The translations under genes and the position numbers were made by a program. Shown one piece after another: positions 47,710 through 58,473 of a stretch of DNA of 64,000 nucleotides; position 1 is the first letter of the stretch, and every line of letters begins with the position of its first letter. The DNA is from an uncultured Acidiphilium sp. (GTDB lineage: Bacteria > Bacillota > Clostridia > Christensenellales > Borkfalkiaceae): positions 56,529-120,528 of the forward strand of contig CAYVKZ010000001.1 in assembly GCA_964452295.1 (NCBI GenBank), in the 5' to 3' direction. The notes under the pieces are model-generated. The model did no database searches, was not told the DNA's origin, and worked only from the letters and a program-made list of their open reading frames with translations.

Positions 47710-49530
47710 ATGCGATTTGACGAAAAATTCATCGATGAATTAAAAGAAAAACTTAATATTGTCGACATAATCGGCTCGTACTGTCAGCTTAATAAAAAAG
47801 GCTCGTCTTATTGGGCATGTTGTCCGTTGCCCGGGCACAGTGAAAGAACGCCTTCTTTTTCGGTTAGCGAAACAGGACAGTTTTACAAATGTTTCGGGTG
47901 CGGCAAGGGCGGCGACGTTATTAAATTCATAATGGAAATAGAAGGCGTTGATTTTTTCGACGCGATTAAAATTTTGTGCGAAAAAGCAAAAATTCCTATT
48001 CCCGAATCGAATTCGAGCGAAAAAGCTGCTGAACTTTCTAAGCGCAAGTTCGAAAACAAGCAAAGACTTTTCGAGTTAACCAGAGAAACGGCTCTTTATT
48101 ACGTTGAAAATTTATCTTCTAAAGACGCCGAAATATATCGCGCTTATTTAAAAAAACGTAAAATTGAAAAAAACGTAGCTGTTGCGTTCGGATTAGGTGC
48201 TTCGACAAGTTTTGACGGTTTGGTTAAAAGGCTAAAAGCAAAAGGCTATTCCGAAGAAGAGATGCTGGCTTCCGGTGTTTGCCAAAAAAGTCAAAAAAAC
48301 GGCACGTTATTCGATGCTGAGGCTAATAGATTGATATTTCCCGTTATCGACGCATTTGGCAAAGTGATAGCTTTCGGCGGAAGAACTCTTGATACCGATA
48401 GCGGTTTTGCTAAATATAAAAACACAGGCGATACCGTGCTTTTTAACAAGCGTAAAGTGCTTTACAATTTAAACATCCTAAAAAAGGCTCGTCAAGAAGT
48501 CGGAAATCTACCGTTTGTAATTATGGTCGAGGGCTATATGGATACGGTTGCTTTATACAAAGCAGGCTATAAAAACGTAGCGGCTAGTATGGGAACCTCG
48601 CTTACGGTAGAGCAAGCTCGCCTATTAAAAAGATATTCTAATACTGTTTTGATTTGTTACGACGGTGACGCCGCAGGGCAGAAAGCAACTGTGCGAGGGT
48701 TGGAAATTTTATCCGACAACGGGTTAGAAGTTCGAGTAGTTTCGTTGCCGGACGGATTAGATCCGGACGAACTCATAAACCAACGCGGAAAAGCAGCGTA
48801 TGACAGGTGTTTAAACGAAGCTTTGCCGCTTATTGATTTTAAGTTAAAAATCGTTAAACAAGAGTCCGATTGCTCTACGCTTGCCGGCAGAAGAGAATAC
48901 ATAAATAAATCGCTAAAAGTTATCGGCGAGTGCAAAGACGAGTTTTTGCGCGAAGAACTTTTAAAAAAACTGCGTGACGAAAGCGGAATTACTTACGAAT
49001 CGTTAAAGCGCGATTTAGAAAGGGGCGGAGAAGTTGACGTTCCGATAAACATTGTTTCGAGTGCAAACGCATTTTTAAACGAACCTAAAGAGAGTTCGAA
49101 ATCCAAGGTTAATACGGAAACAGAACGCTTCGTTTTATGTGCGTTTATCCGCGGTGAGCCCTATGCGAAATCCGATTTACCTTCAGCTTTTTTATACGGA
49201 GATAAATTTAGAAGCGAGCTTTCGGATTATATATCGGCTAAAATAACGCTCGGTAAAAAAATCGAGCCCGAAAAATTGCAAGAATTTGCAGGCGACGAAA
49301 ACTTGGGCGAGCTTTCAAAAATTTTAGCGGCGTGCGATGAAGTAGAGTTTTCCGCTCGCGAAAAATATTATCTTGACTGCACTAAAAAACTAAAGATAGA
49401 AAAAATCAATTTCGAGCGCGAAGGGTTAGAGCTTGCGTTTAAAAACGAAGCAGAAACAGAAAAGCGTGAAGAAATCGCAAAACGGCTCAATGAACTAATT
49501 ACCGAATTGGCAAAATTGAAAAAACATTGA
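47710..49530 (+). CDS. dnaG: DNA primase
   Basis: CHC2 zinc finger CPLPGHSERTPSF..CFGCG and TOPRIM (VEGYMD, DGDAAG). Confidence 0.95.
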   Translation: MRFDEKFIDELKEKLNIVDIIGSYCQLNKKGSSYWACCPLPGHSERTPSFSVSETGQFYKCFGCGKGGDVIKFIMEIEGVDFFDAIKILCEKAKIPIPESNSSEKAAELSKRKFENKQRLFELTRETALYYVENLSSKDAEIYRAYLKKRKIEKNVAVAFGLGASTSFDGLVKRLKAKGYSEEEMLASGVCQKSQKNGTLFDAEANRLIFPVIDAFGKVIAFGGRTLDTDSGFAKYKNTGDTVLFNKRKVLYNLNILKKARQEVGNLPFVIMVEGYMDTVALYKAGYKNVAASMGTSLTVEQARLLKRYSNTVLICYDGDAAGQKATVRGLEILSDNGLEVRVVSLPDGLDPDELINQRGKAAYDRCLNEALPLIDFKLKIVKQESDCSTLAGRREYINKSLKVIGECKDEFLREELLKKLRDESGITYESLKRDLERGGEVDVPINIVSSANAFLNEPKESSKSKVNTETERFVLCAFIRGEPYAKSDLPSAFLYGDKFRSELSDYISAKITLGKKIEPEKLQEFAGDENLGELSKILAACDEVEFSAREKYYLDCTKKLKIEKINFEREGLELAFKNEAETEKREEIAKRLNELITELAKLKKH

Positions 49531-49607
49531 TATAATAAGCCATATAAGAGCCAAAATAATTTTCAAGCTTTTGCTTGACACAAAACGGAGGATAAAACGT
49601 AAAAAAC

Positions 49608-50663
49608 ATGAGCGTATCCGATCAATTTTTAGACGAGCTTAAAAAATCACTCGTCACGGAAGGGCTAAAACAAGGGCATATAACAGCCGATTTTCTTTTC
49701 GATAAACTCGAAACGGTCGACGCGTCAGCCGAACAAGTCGACGAAATTTATAAAGCGCTCGACGAAGCGCATATCAATATTGTCAACGATTATGACAAAG
49801 ATCCCGACCTTTACGACCAATTGATTAAAGAAATCAATATGGACGACCCGGTGAAAATGTATCTTAAAGATATCGGGCGAGTGCCTCTTTTGACCGTTGA
49901 AGAAGAGGTCGATCTTGCAAAAAAAATGGCGGAAGGCGACGAAAAAGCCAAGCTCCGTTTATCGGAAGCTAACTTAAGGTTAGTCGTTTCTATCGCAAAA
50001 CGCTACGTAGGAAGAGGAATGCAGTTTTTGGATTTAATTCAAGAAGGCAATCTCGGATTGATGAAAGCAGTTGAAAAATTCGATTATCAAAAAGGATTTA
50101 AATTTTCTACTTATGCGACTTGGTGGATTCGCCAAGCGATAACCAGAGCTATAGCGGATCAAGCGCGAACCATAAGAATTCCCGTTCATATGGTTGAAAC
50201 GATAAATAAGCAAGTCCGTGTTTCGCGTATGCTTTTGCAACGCTTAGGCAGAGAGCCGGCTCCCGCCGAAATTGCCGAAGAAATGGGCATTTCGGAATAT
50301 AGAGTTATGGAAATTCAAAAAATCGCGCAAGACCCCGTCTCTTTAGAAACGCCTATCGGTGAAGAAGAAGACAGTCATATCGGCGACTTTTTAGAAGATG
50401 AAACGGCAACGGCTCCTAGCGATACGGTTGCGTTTAATATGCTTAAAAAACAGCTTGTCAGTGTATTAGATACTTTAACTCCGCGTGAAGAAAAAGTTTT
50501 GCGTTTACGTTACGGGCTAGACGACGGCAGACCGCGCACGCTCGAAGAAGTAGGCAAAGAATTTAATGTAACGCGTGAACGCATACGTCAAATCGAAGCA
50601 AAAGCATTGCGTAAACTGCGTCATCCTTCGCGTTGCAAGCGGTTAAAAGATTTTATTGACTGA
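49608..50663 (+). CDS. rpoD: Primary sigma factor (SigA/RpoD)
   Basis: [54 protein letters not shown]. Confidence 0.95.
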   Translation: MSVSDQFLDELKKSLVTEGLKQGHITADFLFDKLETVDASAEQVDEIYKALDEAHINIVNDYDKDPDLYDQLIKEINMDDPVKMYLKDIGRVPLLTVEEEVDLAKKMAEGDEKAKLRLSEANLRLVVSIAKRYVGRGMQFLDLIQEGNLGLMKAVEKFDYQKGFKFSTYATWWIRQAITRAIADQARTIRIPVHMVETINKQVRVSRMLLQRLGREPAPAEIAEEMGISEYRVMEIQKIAQDPVSLETPIGEEEDSHIGDFLEDETATAPSDTVAFNMLKKQLVSVLDTLTPREEKVLRLRYGLDDGRPRTLEEVGKEFNVTRERIRQIEAKALRKLRHPSRCKRLKDFID

Positions 50664-50734
50664 TTTTTACTTATATTTCACATTGTTCATATTATTTTGA
50701 CTTTTACTTGAATTGACAGATCGATATAAATTTT

Positions 50735-51418
50735 ATGGCGAACAATTGTAAATTGACCGAAAGAAATTTGCGAATATTATCCGAAATACCCGATTGTGAA
50801 GCTTTTGCTGATGTCGGTTGCGATCATGGCATAATCGCCGAGCAAATTTTGCTTCGCGGCGTGAAAAAAATAGTTATTTCGGACATCTCGGCGGATAGCT
50901 TAGAGAAGGCAAAAAAACGCTTAAAAAAATATACACAGAACGAAAATTTCGCAAAAACCGAAATATTCTCCGTCGTTTGCGACGGTTTAAGCAAAGTTCC
51001 TCAATGCGATTGCGTTTTAATTGCGGGAATGGGCGGCGAAGAAATAGATAAAATATTGCTTTACGCTCCGTTTTTGCCTAAAAATTTGGTGCTTCAGCCG
51101 ATGAAAAACACGCCTAAAGTGCGAAAAACATTATTATCTTTAGGCTACGGCATTAAAAAGGATTATATCTTTAAAGATAAAAAGTTCTATAACCTTTTGG
51201 TTTGCGAAAAAGGTTATGAAATTAAACCTTACAGCGATACCGAGTTGGAATTCGGCAGAGATAATTTGAAAAATTATTCGTCGGCGTTCGTCGAATACAT
51301 TAAGCTTGAATTAAATAATACCAAGAAATATGCCAAAAACGTAGTTTCGCTTTGCGATTTGGCGGAATTTAATCGAAGAATTACGTTACTAACGGAGATT
51401 TTAAACGGTGCTTATTAA
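50735..51418 (+). CDS. trmK: tRNA (adenine22-N1)-methyltransferase TrmK
   Basis: ADVGCDHG, IAGMGG, and the conserved position after rpoD. Confidence 0.75.
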   Translation: MANNCKLTERNLRILSEIPDCEAFADVGCDHGIIAEQILLRGVKKIVISDISADSLEKAKKRLKKYTQNENFAKTEIFSVVCDGLSKVPQCDCVLIAGMGGEEIDKILLYAPFLPKNLVLQPMKNTPKVRKTLLSLGYGIKKDYIFKDKKFYNLLVCEKGYEIKPYSDTELEFGRDNLKNYSSAFVEYIKLELNNTKKYAKNVVSLCDLAEFNRRITLLTEILNGAY

Positions 51419-52169
51419 AGAAATAATTGCTACAGCCGAAACGTTCGCGCCTCTTTCCTATTCGTTTTCGGCTATAGAAAAAGGGTATTACGATAATAGC
51501 GGATTATTAATCGGTTCCGATGAAAACGAAACGCAAAACGTGTTGTTTGCGTTAGATTTAAACAAAAGAGTCCTAAAAACCGCGCAAGAACTCGGCGCTC
51601 GGCTTATTTTTACTCATCATCCCGCAATTTATAAACCAATAAAATGTGTGAGCGGAGTTTTAGCCGATTGTTTAAGTTCGGGAATCAGCGTTTATTCGGC
51701 GCATTTAAATTTAGACGTTGCTCGCGGAGGAATAGAGGACGGACTTTGTAAACTTTTAGGCGGAAAAAACGCCGATATAAAAGAAATAATAACGGAAAAC
51801 GTAGGTTTTGGCAGAACTTTTTGCGTCGAACCCAAAACGTTAAAGCAATTTGTTTGCGAATTTGCCGAAAAAATCGGCATAAAAAATTATATGCTTTTCG
51901 GCGATGAAAAGCGGGTTGTAAATAAAGTATCTTCATTTTGCGGCGCGGGATTAGACGAAATTTCCGCTTTAGAAAAAAGCGATGTGGATTTATTGGTTTC
52001 CGCCGATATATCGCATCACGTTTTACTAGCCGCGCTTGAAAACGATAAATGCGTATTGCAGTTGACGCATTATGCCTCTGAAGCATTTGCTTTTAAAGCT
52101 TTTGCAAAAAAACTGTGCGAAAAATTAAAAATTAAACTTCACTTTTATTTAGACGAACGTTTTTTATAA
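51408..52169 (+). CDS. Nif3-like dinuclear metal centre protein
   Basis: FTHHPAIYKP, a C-terminal HYASE, and the trmK neighbourhood. Confidence 0.8.
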   Translation: MLIKEIIATAETFAPLSYSFSAIEKGYYDNSGLLIGSDENETQNVLFALDLNKRVLKTAQELGARLIFTHHPAIYKPIKCVSGVLADCLSSGISVYSAHLNLDVARGGIEDGLCKLLGGKNADIKEIITENVGFGRTFCVEPKTLKQFVCEFAEKIGIKNYMLFGDEKRVVNKVSSFCGAGLDEISALEKSDVDLLVSADISHHVLLAALENDKCVLQLTHYASEAFAFKAFAKKLCEKLKIKLHFYLDERFL

Positions 52170-52253
52170 GATTTTGTAAAATTTAAAAAAGTTCGTTTGT
52201 TTCGCGCTTTAGTATTTTTAAGCGAAATTATTAGTGAAAAGGAGTGTATATTA

Positions 52254-52955
52254 ATGTCTGTAATCGACAAAATTTTAGTCTATCAAGAAGAAGATAAAAA
52301 GCTTTTTGAAATCGAAAAGGGCTTAAGCGGTAGCGGAGCTCGTAAAAGGGGCGTTGAAGCTCAGCGTTTTTTGCGCTCGGTCAGCGATACTTTAGCAGGG
52401 TTAGAAGCTAAATCTCAAGAGTTGCGTCGTTCTTACGAACTCGCGCTTAAAACGCTCGATAAGCTTAAAGAAGATAACGCTGAGTTTAGCGATATCGCCG
52501 ATAAAGCTTCCGATGAAAAAGAATTGGCGTATTTAAAAACCAAGGCTAACGAGCTTGTAAAAGCACTTAGCGACCTTTCGTTTAAAGTTCAAAGAATTAA
52601 ACAAGAAATGAATGAACTCGCCGTTAACTACGGCAGGCTTAAAAAAGATACGGTCGCCTATCAAGCCGTATTTAAAAAAGCGGGCGAAGAATACGGCGCG
52701 TTGAAAGAACAAGCCGCTCCGAAGCGCAAAGAAATCGAAAAAAATCTTGAAAAACTCGAGAAGGATATTCCTATCGAGCTTATGCAGAAATATAAGGAAA
52801 AACGTAAAGATAAACATTTCCCGATTGTGTATAGAATAAGCGACAAACACTGTAGCGCTTGCGGCACGGAGCTTTCTATGGCGCAGCTTTATAAGCTCGA
52901 TAAAGCCGACGAACTTATCGAATGTGAAAATTGCCGCAGATTGATTTTTAAATAA
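52254..52955 (+). CDS. Coiled-coil protein with a C-terminal C4 zinc ribbon (COG1579-like)
   Basis: CSACGT...CENCRR after a long heptad-rich region. It follows nif3 as in many bacteria. I prefer ATG 52254. Confidence 0.7.
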   Translation: MSVIDKILVYQEEDKKLFEIEKGLSGSGARKRGVEAQRFLRSVSDTLAGLEAKSQELRRSYELALKTLDKLKEDNAEFSDIADKASDEKELAYLKTKANELVKALSDLSFKVQRIKQEMNELAVNYGRLKKDTVAYQAVFKKAGEEYGALKEQAAPKRKEIEKNLEKLEKDIPIELMQKYKEKRKDKHFPIVYRISDKHCSACGTELSMAQLYKLDKADELIECENCRRLIFK

Positions 52956-52972
52956 TATTTTATAAAAACGAG

Positions 52973-52998
52973 CCGCTTGAAATTCTTCAAGCGGTTTT
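52973..52998 (+). terminator. Intrinsic terminator
   Basis: ccgcttgaa-attc-ttcaagcgg, then tttt. Confidence 0.8.
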
Positions 52999-53016
52999 GC
53001 ATAAAAAAGAGGGATT

Positions 53017-53952
53017 ATGCTAGATAAAAAAGATTTAAAAAATACAATTTCCGATAAAAAAATAGCCGATGATATTATCGAAAATGTCACGGAAAATATA
53101 GGTGATTTTTCAAAAAATTATTCGGCGATTTGCGAAAAAGCCGAACGAAGCTTGCGAAAAAAATTCAAAAGTTCGCTTTTAAGTAAATTTATAAAGGCGG
53201 CAAAAATTTATAAACTAATAAACGCAGGCGATAAAGTAGCCGTTTGTATTTCGGGCGGAAAAGATTCGATGCTTATGGCTAAACTGTTTCAAGAATTGCA
53301 TAGACACAGCGAAGTTCCGTTTGAACTCGAATTTATCGTAATGGACCCCGGATATACGCAAAAAAATCGCGAACTTATAATCGAAAACTCAAAAAAACTA
53401 GGCGTTCCGATAAAAATTTTTGATTCCGATATTTTTAGCGCGGTGTTTACCATAGAAAAATCGCCTTGCTATCTTTGTGCGCGGATGCGCCGCGGATACT
53501 TATATGATTATGCAAAATCGTTAGGATGTAATAAAATAGCTTTAGGGCATCATTACGACGACGTTATCGAAACAATTTTAATGGGAATGCTTTACGGCGC
53601 TCAAGTTCAAACGATGATGCCAAAACTTCACAGTGCCAATTTTAAAGGAATGGAATTAATTCGTCCTATGTATTTAATACGAGAGGACGACGTGAAAGCT
53701 TGGCGGGATTATAACGATTTAACTTTTTTGCGTTGCGCTTGCAAATTTACCGAAAGTTGTTCTAAGTTAGGAAGCGGCGACGATGGTTCTAAAAGATTGG
53801 AAATAAAGGCATTGATAAAGCAAATTAAACAAAAACACCCCGAAGTTGAAAAATGTATTTTTAAAAGCGTCGAAAATGTTAATTTAGATACAGTTATCGC
53901 TTATAAACAAAAAGGCGTACGCCATTGTTTTTTAGATGAATATGACGGTTAG
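53017..53952 (+). CDS. ttcA: PP-loop ATPase of the TtcA/tRNA thiolation family
   Basis: VCISGGKDS PP-loop, CYLCARMRR, GHHYDD. Confidence 0.7.
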   Translation: MLDKKDLKNTISDKKIADDIIENVTENIGDFSKNYSAICEKAERSLRKKFKSSLLSKFIKAAKIYKLINAGDKVAVCISGGKDSMLMAKLFQELHRHSEVPFELEFIVMDPGYTQKNRELIIENSKKLGVPIKIFDSDIFSAVFTIEKSPCYLCARMRRGYLYDYAKSLGCNKIALGHHYDDVIETILMGMLYGAQVQTMMPKLHSANFKGMELIRPMYLIREDDVKAWRDYNDLTFLRCACKFTESCSKLGSGDDGSKRLEIKALIKQIKQKHPEVEKCIFKSVENVNLDTVIAYKQKGVRHCFLDEYDG

Positions 53953-54032
53953 TTTTATCATAATGCTTTTTAGGTAATAAAGCATAAAGCAAATTTGTTT
54001 TTTTGTATATAACAATTTTAAAAATTTTTAAT

Positions 54033-54063
54033 AAAAAAGCCGCTCGCAATAAAGCAAACGGCT
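54033..54063 (-). terminator. Intrinsic terminator of tRNA-Val
   Basis: agccg/cggct stem followed (minus strand) by a T6 run. Confidence 0.55.
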
Positions 54064-54064
54064 G

Positions 54065-54141
54065 TGGTGAAGATAGTTGGGCTCGAACCAACGACCTCAT
54101 GCATGTGAAGCATGCGCTCTAACCGACTGAGCTATACCTCC
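54065..54141 (-). tRNA. tRNA-Val (anticodon CAC)
   Basis: The reverse complement is GGAGGTATAGCTCAGTCGGTTAGAGC..CATGC-TTCACAT-GCATG..GGTTCGAGCCC..CCA. Confidence 0.85.
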
Positions 54142-54234
54142 GAAACATTTCTAATTGTAGCACAATTTTTTTTAAATAGCAATCTTTTTGATAAAAAAAA
54201 ATTAAAAAAATAATAAAAAAGCGGTAAAATTTCG

Positions 54235-54263
54235 TTGCAAATAATTTTTACGTGTGCTATAAT
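54235..54263 (+). promoter_or_regulatory. Sigma-A-type promoter of tRNA-Pro(GGG)
   Basis: TTGCAA, 17 nt, TATAAT. Confidence 0.65.
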
Positions 54264-54282
54264 ATCAAACGCTGAAAGGTTA

Positions 54283-54359
54283 CGGGGTGTAGCGCAGTTT
54301 GGTAGCGCGCTTGAATGGGGTTCAAGAGGTCGCAAGTTCGATTCTTGTCACTCCGACCA
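54283..54359 (+). tRNA. tRNA-Pro (anticodon GGG)
   Basis: Acceptor CGGGGTG/CACTCCG, anticodon arm CTTGA-ATGGGGT-TCAAG, T-arm GCAAG-TTCGATT-CTTGT, CCA. Confidence 0.85.
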
Positions 54360-54361
54360 GC

Positions 54362-54404
54362 AAAGCACGGGCTAGAATTCGTAATTTTAGTTCGTGCTTT
54401 TTTG
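54362..54404 (+). terminator. Intrinsic terminator
   Basis: aaagcacg...cgtgcttt extended stem, then a T run. Confidence 0.75.
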
Positions 54405-54478
54405 TTATCGTCATAAATTATTATCGTAATTAATTATTGCATACTGACAATAGTTTGTTAAAATAATAGGAGATAATT

Positions 54479-56572
54479 ATGGAAAATTCGAAAGCTAAAA
54501 GCGCGGCAAAAATATTCGCCGAAAACGTTTTTACGAAAGAGGAAATAAAAAAGCGCTTAAGCGCCGATTGGTATAACGAATATAAAAATTGTTTAGAAAA
54601 CGACGTTCCGCTTTCTCGTCCGTTGGCAGACGAAATAGCGTCATGCATGAAGGATTGGGCAATAGAGCGCGGAGCGACGCATTATACTCATTGGTTTCAA
54701 CCGATGACCGGTATTACCGCCGAAAAACACGAAGCGTTTATCGAACCTTCGAAAGAGGGTGTTATAGAGCGTTTTTCGGGTAAGAATTTAATCAAAGGGG
54801 AATCGGACGCATCTAGTTTTCCGAACGGTGGATTGCGAGCGACGTTCGAAGCTCGCGGTTATACTGCTTACGATCCAAATTCTTCTGCGTTTGTAAAAGA
54901 CGGTTCGCTTTACGTACCAACGGTATTTTGCTCCTACGGCGGTGAATCGCTTGATAAAAAAGCTCCGCTTTTAAGAAGTTTAGAAGCTCTTAATGAAAAC
55001 GCGGTTCGTCTTTTACGCGTTTTAGGCGACGATAAAACGCAAAAAGTTTTAGTAAACGTCGGCGTAGAGCAAGAATATTTTTTAATCGACAAAAAAGAAT
55101 ACGAAAAGAGGTTGGACTTAGTTACTTGCGGTCGTACGCTTTTCGGCGCGAAGCCGCCCAAGGGACAAGAGCTGGAAGATCATTATTTCGGCAAGATTAA
55201 ATCGCGCGTATGGGATTATATGTCTGATTTAGACGACGAACTTTGGAAGCTCGGCGTTTATGCGAAAACAAAGCATAACGAGGCTGCGCCTGCTCAGCAC
55301 GAACTTGCTAACGTGTACACTTCCGCAAATATAGCTGTCGATCAAAATCAAATAACGATGTCGGTTATGAAATCTGTGGCAAATAAGCACGGAATGGTTT
55401 GTCTTTTAAACGAAAAACCGTTCGAAGGTATTAACGGAAGCGGAAAACATAACAACTGGTCATTGCAGACGGATGACGGCGAAAATCTTTTAAAACCCGG
55501 CAAACATCCTATGGAAAACAAAAAATTCCTTGCATTTTTCACTGCGGTTATTGCGGCGGTCGACGATTATCAAGATATTTTACGTATGTCGGTTGCTTCG
55601 CCGGGAAACGATAACAGATTAGGCGGAAACGAGGCTCCCCCTGCGATTATTTCTATGTTTATAGGTAGTGAAATGCAAGAACTTATAAACGCGCTTGTTA
55701 ACGATTCTGCTTACACCGAAAAGGAAAAATCGCGCTCACGCGTTGGCGGAAACATAATGTACACGCGCGACGATGCGGATAGGAACAGAACGTCGCCGTT
55801 TGCCTTTACCGGTAATAAATTCGAATTCAGAATGGTAGGTTCAGATATGTCGGTAGCGGGGGTAAATATCGTACTTAATACTGCCGTTGCCGAAAAGTTA
55901 GGCGAGCTAGCCGAAGAATTAGGAAAAGTAGGTGCGGATAAGCTTAACGAAGTGCTTAAAAAGTTCTTAAAAAAGCATGAACGAATAATTTTTAACGGAA
56001 ACAATTATTCAGAAGAATGGAAAAGGGAAGCCGAACGTAGAGGTTTGGTCGTTATGCCAACCACCGTTGACGCGATTCCCGCTTACATATCCGAAAAGAA
56101 CGTTAAATTATTCGAAAAACACGGCGTTTTTACCGAAAAAGAACTTCGTAGCAGATATGAGATTATGCTTGACAGATATTCAAAGATTTTAGATATCGAA
56201 GCAAAGACCATGCTTTGGATGACCGAACGTGAAATTTTGCCCGCCGTTATAAAATTCCAAAAAACCTTAGCCGAAGAAATTTGCTTAAAAAACTCGATAG
56301 AAATTGGACTTTCGTCTTATGAAACCGAAAGATTGCGTGAACTGTCGAAAATTACCGACAGTGCGTTTATCGCTAAAAAAGAGTTGGAATCTAACGTTAA
56401 AAAGTGCGTTAAAATTTCAGACGCTAAAGAATGTGCTATTTTTCATAAAGAAAAAATTAAAGTTTCTATGGAAAAACTGCGCGCGGCTTGCGATAACTTA
56501 GAAGAAAAAATTGCCGCCAGCGATTGGCCCTTCCCGACGTATACGGAAATTCTAAATAGCGTAAAATATTAA
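54479..56572 (+). CDS. glnN: Glutamine synthetase type III
   Basis: 697 aa, with N-terminal ..GATHYTHWFQPMTG.. and a central NGSGKHNNWS typical of GSIII. Confidence 0.85.
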   Translation: MENSKAKSAAKIFAENVFTKEEIKKRLSADWYNEYKNCLENDVPLSRPLADEIASCMKDWAIERGATHYTHWFQPMTGITAEKHEAFIEPSKEGVIERFSGKNLIKGESDASSFPNGGLRATFEARGYTAYDPNSSAFVKDGSLYVPTVFCSYGGESLDKKAPLLRSLEALNENAVRLLRVLGDDKTQKVLVNVGVEQEYFLIDKKEYEKRLDLVTCGRTLFGAKPPKGQELEDHYFGKIKSRVWDYMSDLDDELWKLGVYAKTKHNEAAPAQHELANVYTSANIAVDQNQITMSVMKSVANKHGMVCLLNEKPFEGINGSGKHNNWSLQTDDGENLLKPGKHPMENKKFLAFFTAVIAAVDDYQDILRMSVASPGNDNRLGGNEAPPAIISMFIGSEMQELINALVNDSAYTEKEKSRSRVGGNIMYTRDDADRNRTSPFAFTGNKFEFRMVGSDMSVAGVNIVLNTAVAEKLGELAEELGKVGADKLNEVLKKFLKKHERIIFNGNNYSEEWKREAERRGLVVMPTTVDAIPAYISEKNVKLFEKHGVFTEKELRSRYEIMLDRYSKILDIEAKTMLWMTEREILPAVIKFQKTLAEEICLKNSIEIGLSSYETERLRELSKITDSAFIAKKELESNVKKCVKISDAKECAIFHKEKIKVSMEKLRAACDNLEEKIAASDWPFPTYTEILNSVKY

Positions 56573-56579
56573 AATTCAG

Positions 56580-56618
56580 CCCTTGCTCGACGACGTTTGT
56601 CGGGTAGGGGTGTTTTTT
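56580..56618 (+). terminator. Intrinsic terminator
   Basis: cccttgctcgacg/tgtcgggtagggg stem (with G-U pairs), then tgtttttt. Confidence 0.65.
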
Positions 56619-56819
56619 ATCGTTTTGCTTCATTTCGTCGCTTGATTACGTTTTATTGTCTGTTTTTACAAAACTCGCGACACGGTTATATAAGATTTTA
56701 TAAAGATATATATAAAAAATGTATTGATTTTTTAAGATAATCGCGCTAAAGCCCGAAATAGTTCTTGCCTAAAAAGAAATAAAATGATATAATTATATCG
56801 ATAAAGGCGGATTGATATA

Positions 56820-57440
56820 ATGAACAACCAGAAAATTCCGGAATCGGTATTGGCAAGATTGCCCGTATATTTACACTACCTTAAATCGCTCGGCGTAAAA
56901 GCAAACGACACCATATCCTCTGCCGCGATTGCAAAATCGCTTAAACTCGGAGAAGTTCAAGTGCGCAAAGATTTGGCTTTGGTAAGCGGGGCGGGTAAGC
57001 CGAAGATCGGTTATTACACAAACGAGCTTATCGCTCACTTAGAAGCTGCACTCGGTAGTAAAAAATGTACAAATGCGATTATCGTAGGCGCGGGTAAGTT
57101 GGGTAGAGCGCTTTTGTGCTACGAGGGTTTTTCCGAATTCGGCGTGCATGTTTTAGCCGCGTTCGATTTAAATCCGGAAAAAGGCGAAGCCTTGCCGAAC
57201 GGTAAAATCGTATTGCCCGTTTCCGAGCTTAAAGATTTTTGCAAAAAAAACGAGGTTAAAATCGGCATTGTAACCGTCCCCGAAAGCCAAGCACAGCTTG
57301 TTTGCGACGAGCTTATAAGCGCCAACGTTTCCGCTATTTGGAACTTTGCTCCGGCAAGATTAGAAGTTCCTCCGGAAATAAAAATTAAAAACGAGAATAT
57401 GGCGGCTTCCGTCGCCGTTCTTTCAGCTAGTTTAGACTGA
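56820..57440 (+). CDS. rex: Redox-sensing transcriptional repressor Rex
   Basis: IPESVLARLPVYLHYL wHTH start and the Rossmann motif IVGAGKLGRAL. Confidence 0.9.
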   Translation: MNNQKIPESVLARLPVYLHYLKSLGVKANDTISSAAIAKSLKLGEVQVRKDLALVSGAGKPKIGYYTNELIAHLEAALGSKKCTNAIIVGAGKLGRALLCYEGFSEFGVHVLAAFDLNPEKGEALPNGKIVLPVSELKDFCKKNEVKIGIVTVPESQAQLVCDELISANVSAIWNFAPARLEVPPEIKIKNENMAASVAVLSASLD

Positions 57441-57499
57441 AAATAAAATTAAACAATCAACTAAAGTAAAGTATAAGTTTGTTTAGGAGGCAAAAACTT

Positions 57500-58444
57500 A
57501 TGAACAAGATAACCATTATAGGCAGCGGCAGAGTCGGCTCGACTATAGCTTATTCGCTTACTTGCAGAGGCTTGGCTTCTGAGATAGTAATAATCGACAT
57601 AAACGGCGATAGAGCTATGGGTGAAGCTCTCGATATTCGTCAAGGGCTTGCATACGATAGCGCTTGCTCCGTTTACGCAGGTAATTACGAAGACGCTAAA
57701 GATTCGGATATCGTAATAATCACTTCGGGTATAGCCAGAAAGCCCGGCCAATCGCGCTTGGAGCTTATTCAAACGAATATTAGCATTCAAAAATCAATTA
57801 TTCCCGAAATCACCAAAAACGCGCCCGATGCGGTTTACATAATGGTTTCTAACCCCGTAGACGTTTTAACTTACGCGTTCTGCCGTTTATCCGGTATTCC
57901 CGAAAAACGAGTAATAGGTTCGGGCGCTATTCTAGATACCGCGCGTCTTCGCGCAAGAATAGCAGAATATTGCGATGTCGAAGTGGGAAATATTCATGCA
58001 TATATGTTCGGCGAACACGGAGATTCGGGCTTTACGCCTTGGTCGCTTGCCAGAATAGCGGGGCTTACTATCGAAGAATATTCGAAAGACGTTGAAATCG
58101 CTAATAAGGTTCGCGCCGATATGAGCGTTCCCGAAATCGAAAAATACGTCCGCGAATCCGGAGCTAAAGTTATATCTCGCAAAGGGGCAACTTTCTACGC
58201 TATAGCTTCTACCGTTTGCCATATTTGTAAGGCTATTCTTACCGGTTCTAACACCGCAATGACCGTTTCAACTATGATGCATGGCGAATACGGCGTAGAC
58301 GACGTTTGCTTAAGTACGATCAATATCATAGGCCGTGACGGCGTTCGCGGAAAGATCAATCCTCCGCTCACAAACGACGAGCTTGAAAAACTTCAAGCAA
58401 GTGCAAAAGTCTTGAAAGATATGATAGCTCAACTCGACTTATAA
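57500..58444 (+). CDS. mdh: LDH/MDH-family 2-hydroxyacid dehydrogenase, probably malate dehydrogenase
   Basis: IIGSGRVGST. GIARKPGQSR has Arg at the substrate-discriminating position (Gln in LDH). fumC is adjacent. I prefer ATG 57500 with a GGAGG SD. Confidence 0.7.
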   Translation: MNKITIIGSGRVGSTIAYSLTCRGLASEIVIIDINGDRAMGEALDIRQGLAYDSACSVYAGNYEDAKDSDIVIITSGIARKPGQSRLELIQTNISIQKSIIPEITKNAPDAVYIMVSNPVDVLTYAFCRLSGIPEKRVIGSGAILDTARLRARIAEYCDVEVGNIHAYMFGEHGDSGFTPWSLARIAGLTIEEYSKDVEIANKVRADMSVPEIEKYVRESGAKVISRKGATFYAIASTVCHICKAILTGSNTAMTVSTMMHGEYGVDDVCLSTINIIGRDGVRGKINPPLTNDELEKLQASAKVLKDMIAQLDL

Positions 58445-58473
58445 TTTTATAAAATATTCACGGTTTTAATGTT

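Noticed and set aside
56640-56819. Rex operator candidates: TTGTctgtttttACAA at ~56657, and GTTAA-N10-TTAAC at ~59870 before hdrB
   Set aside because: The half-site spacing does not fit the remembered Rex box (TTGTGAA-N4-TTCACAA or TTGTTAA-N4-TTAACAA). The evidence is too weak to call.
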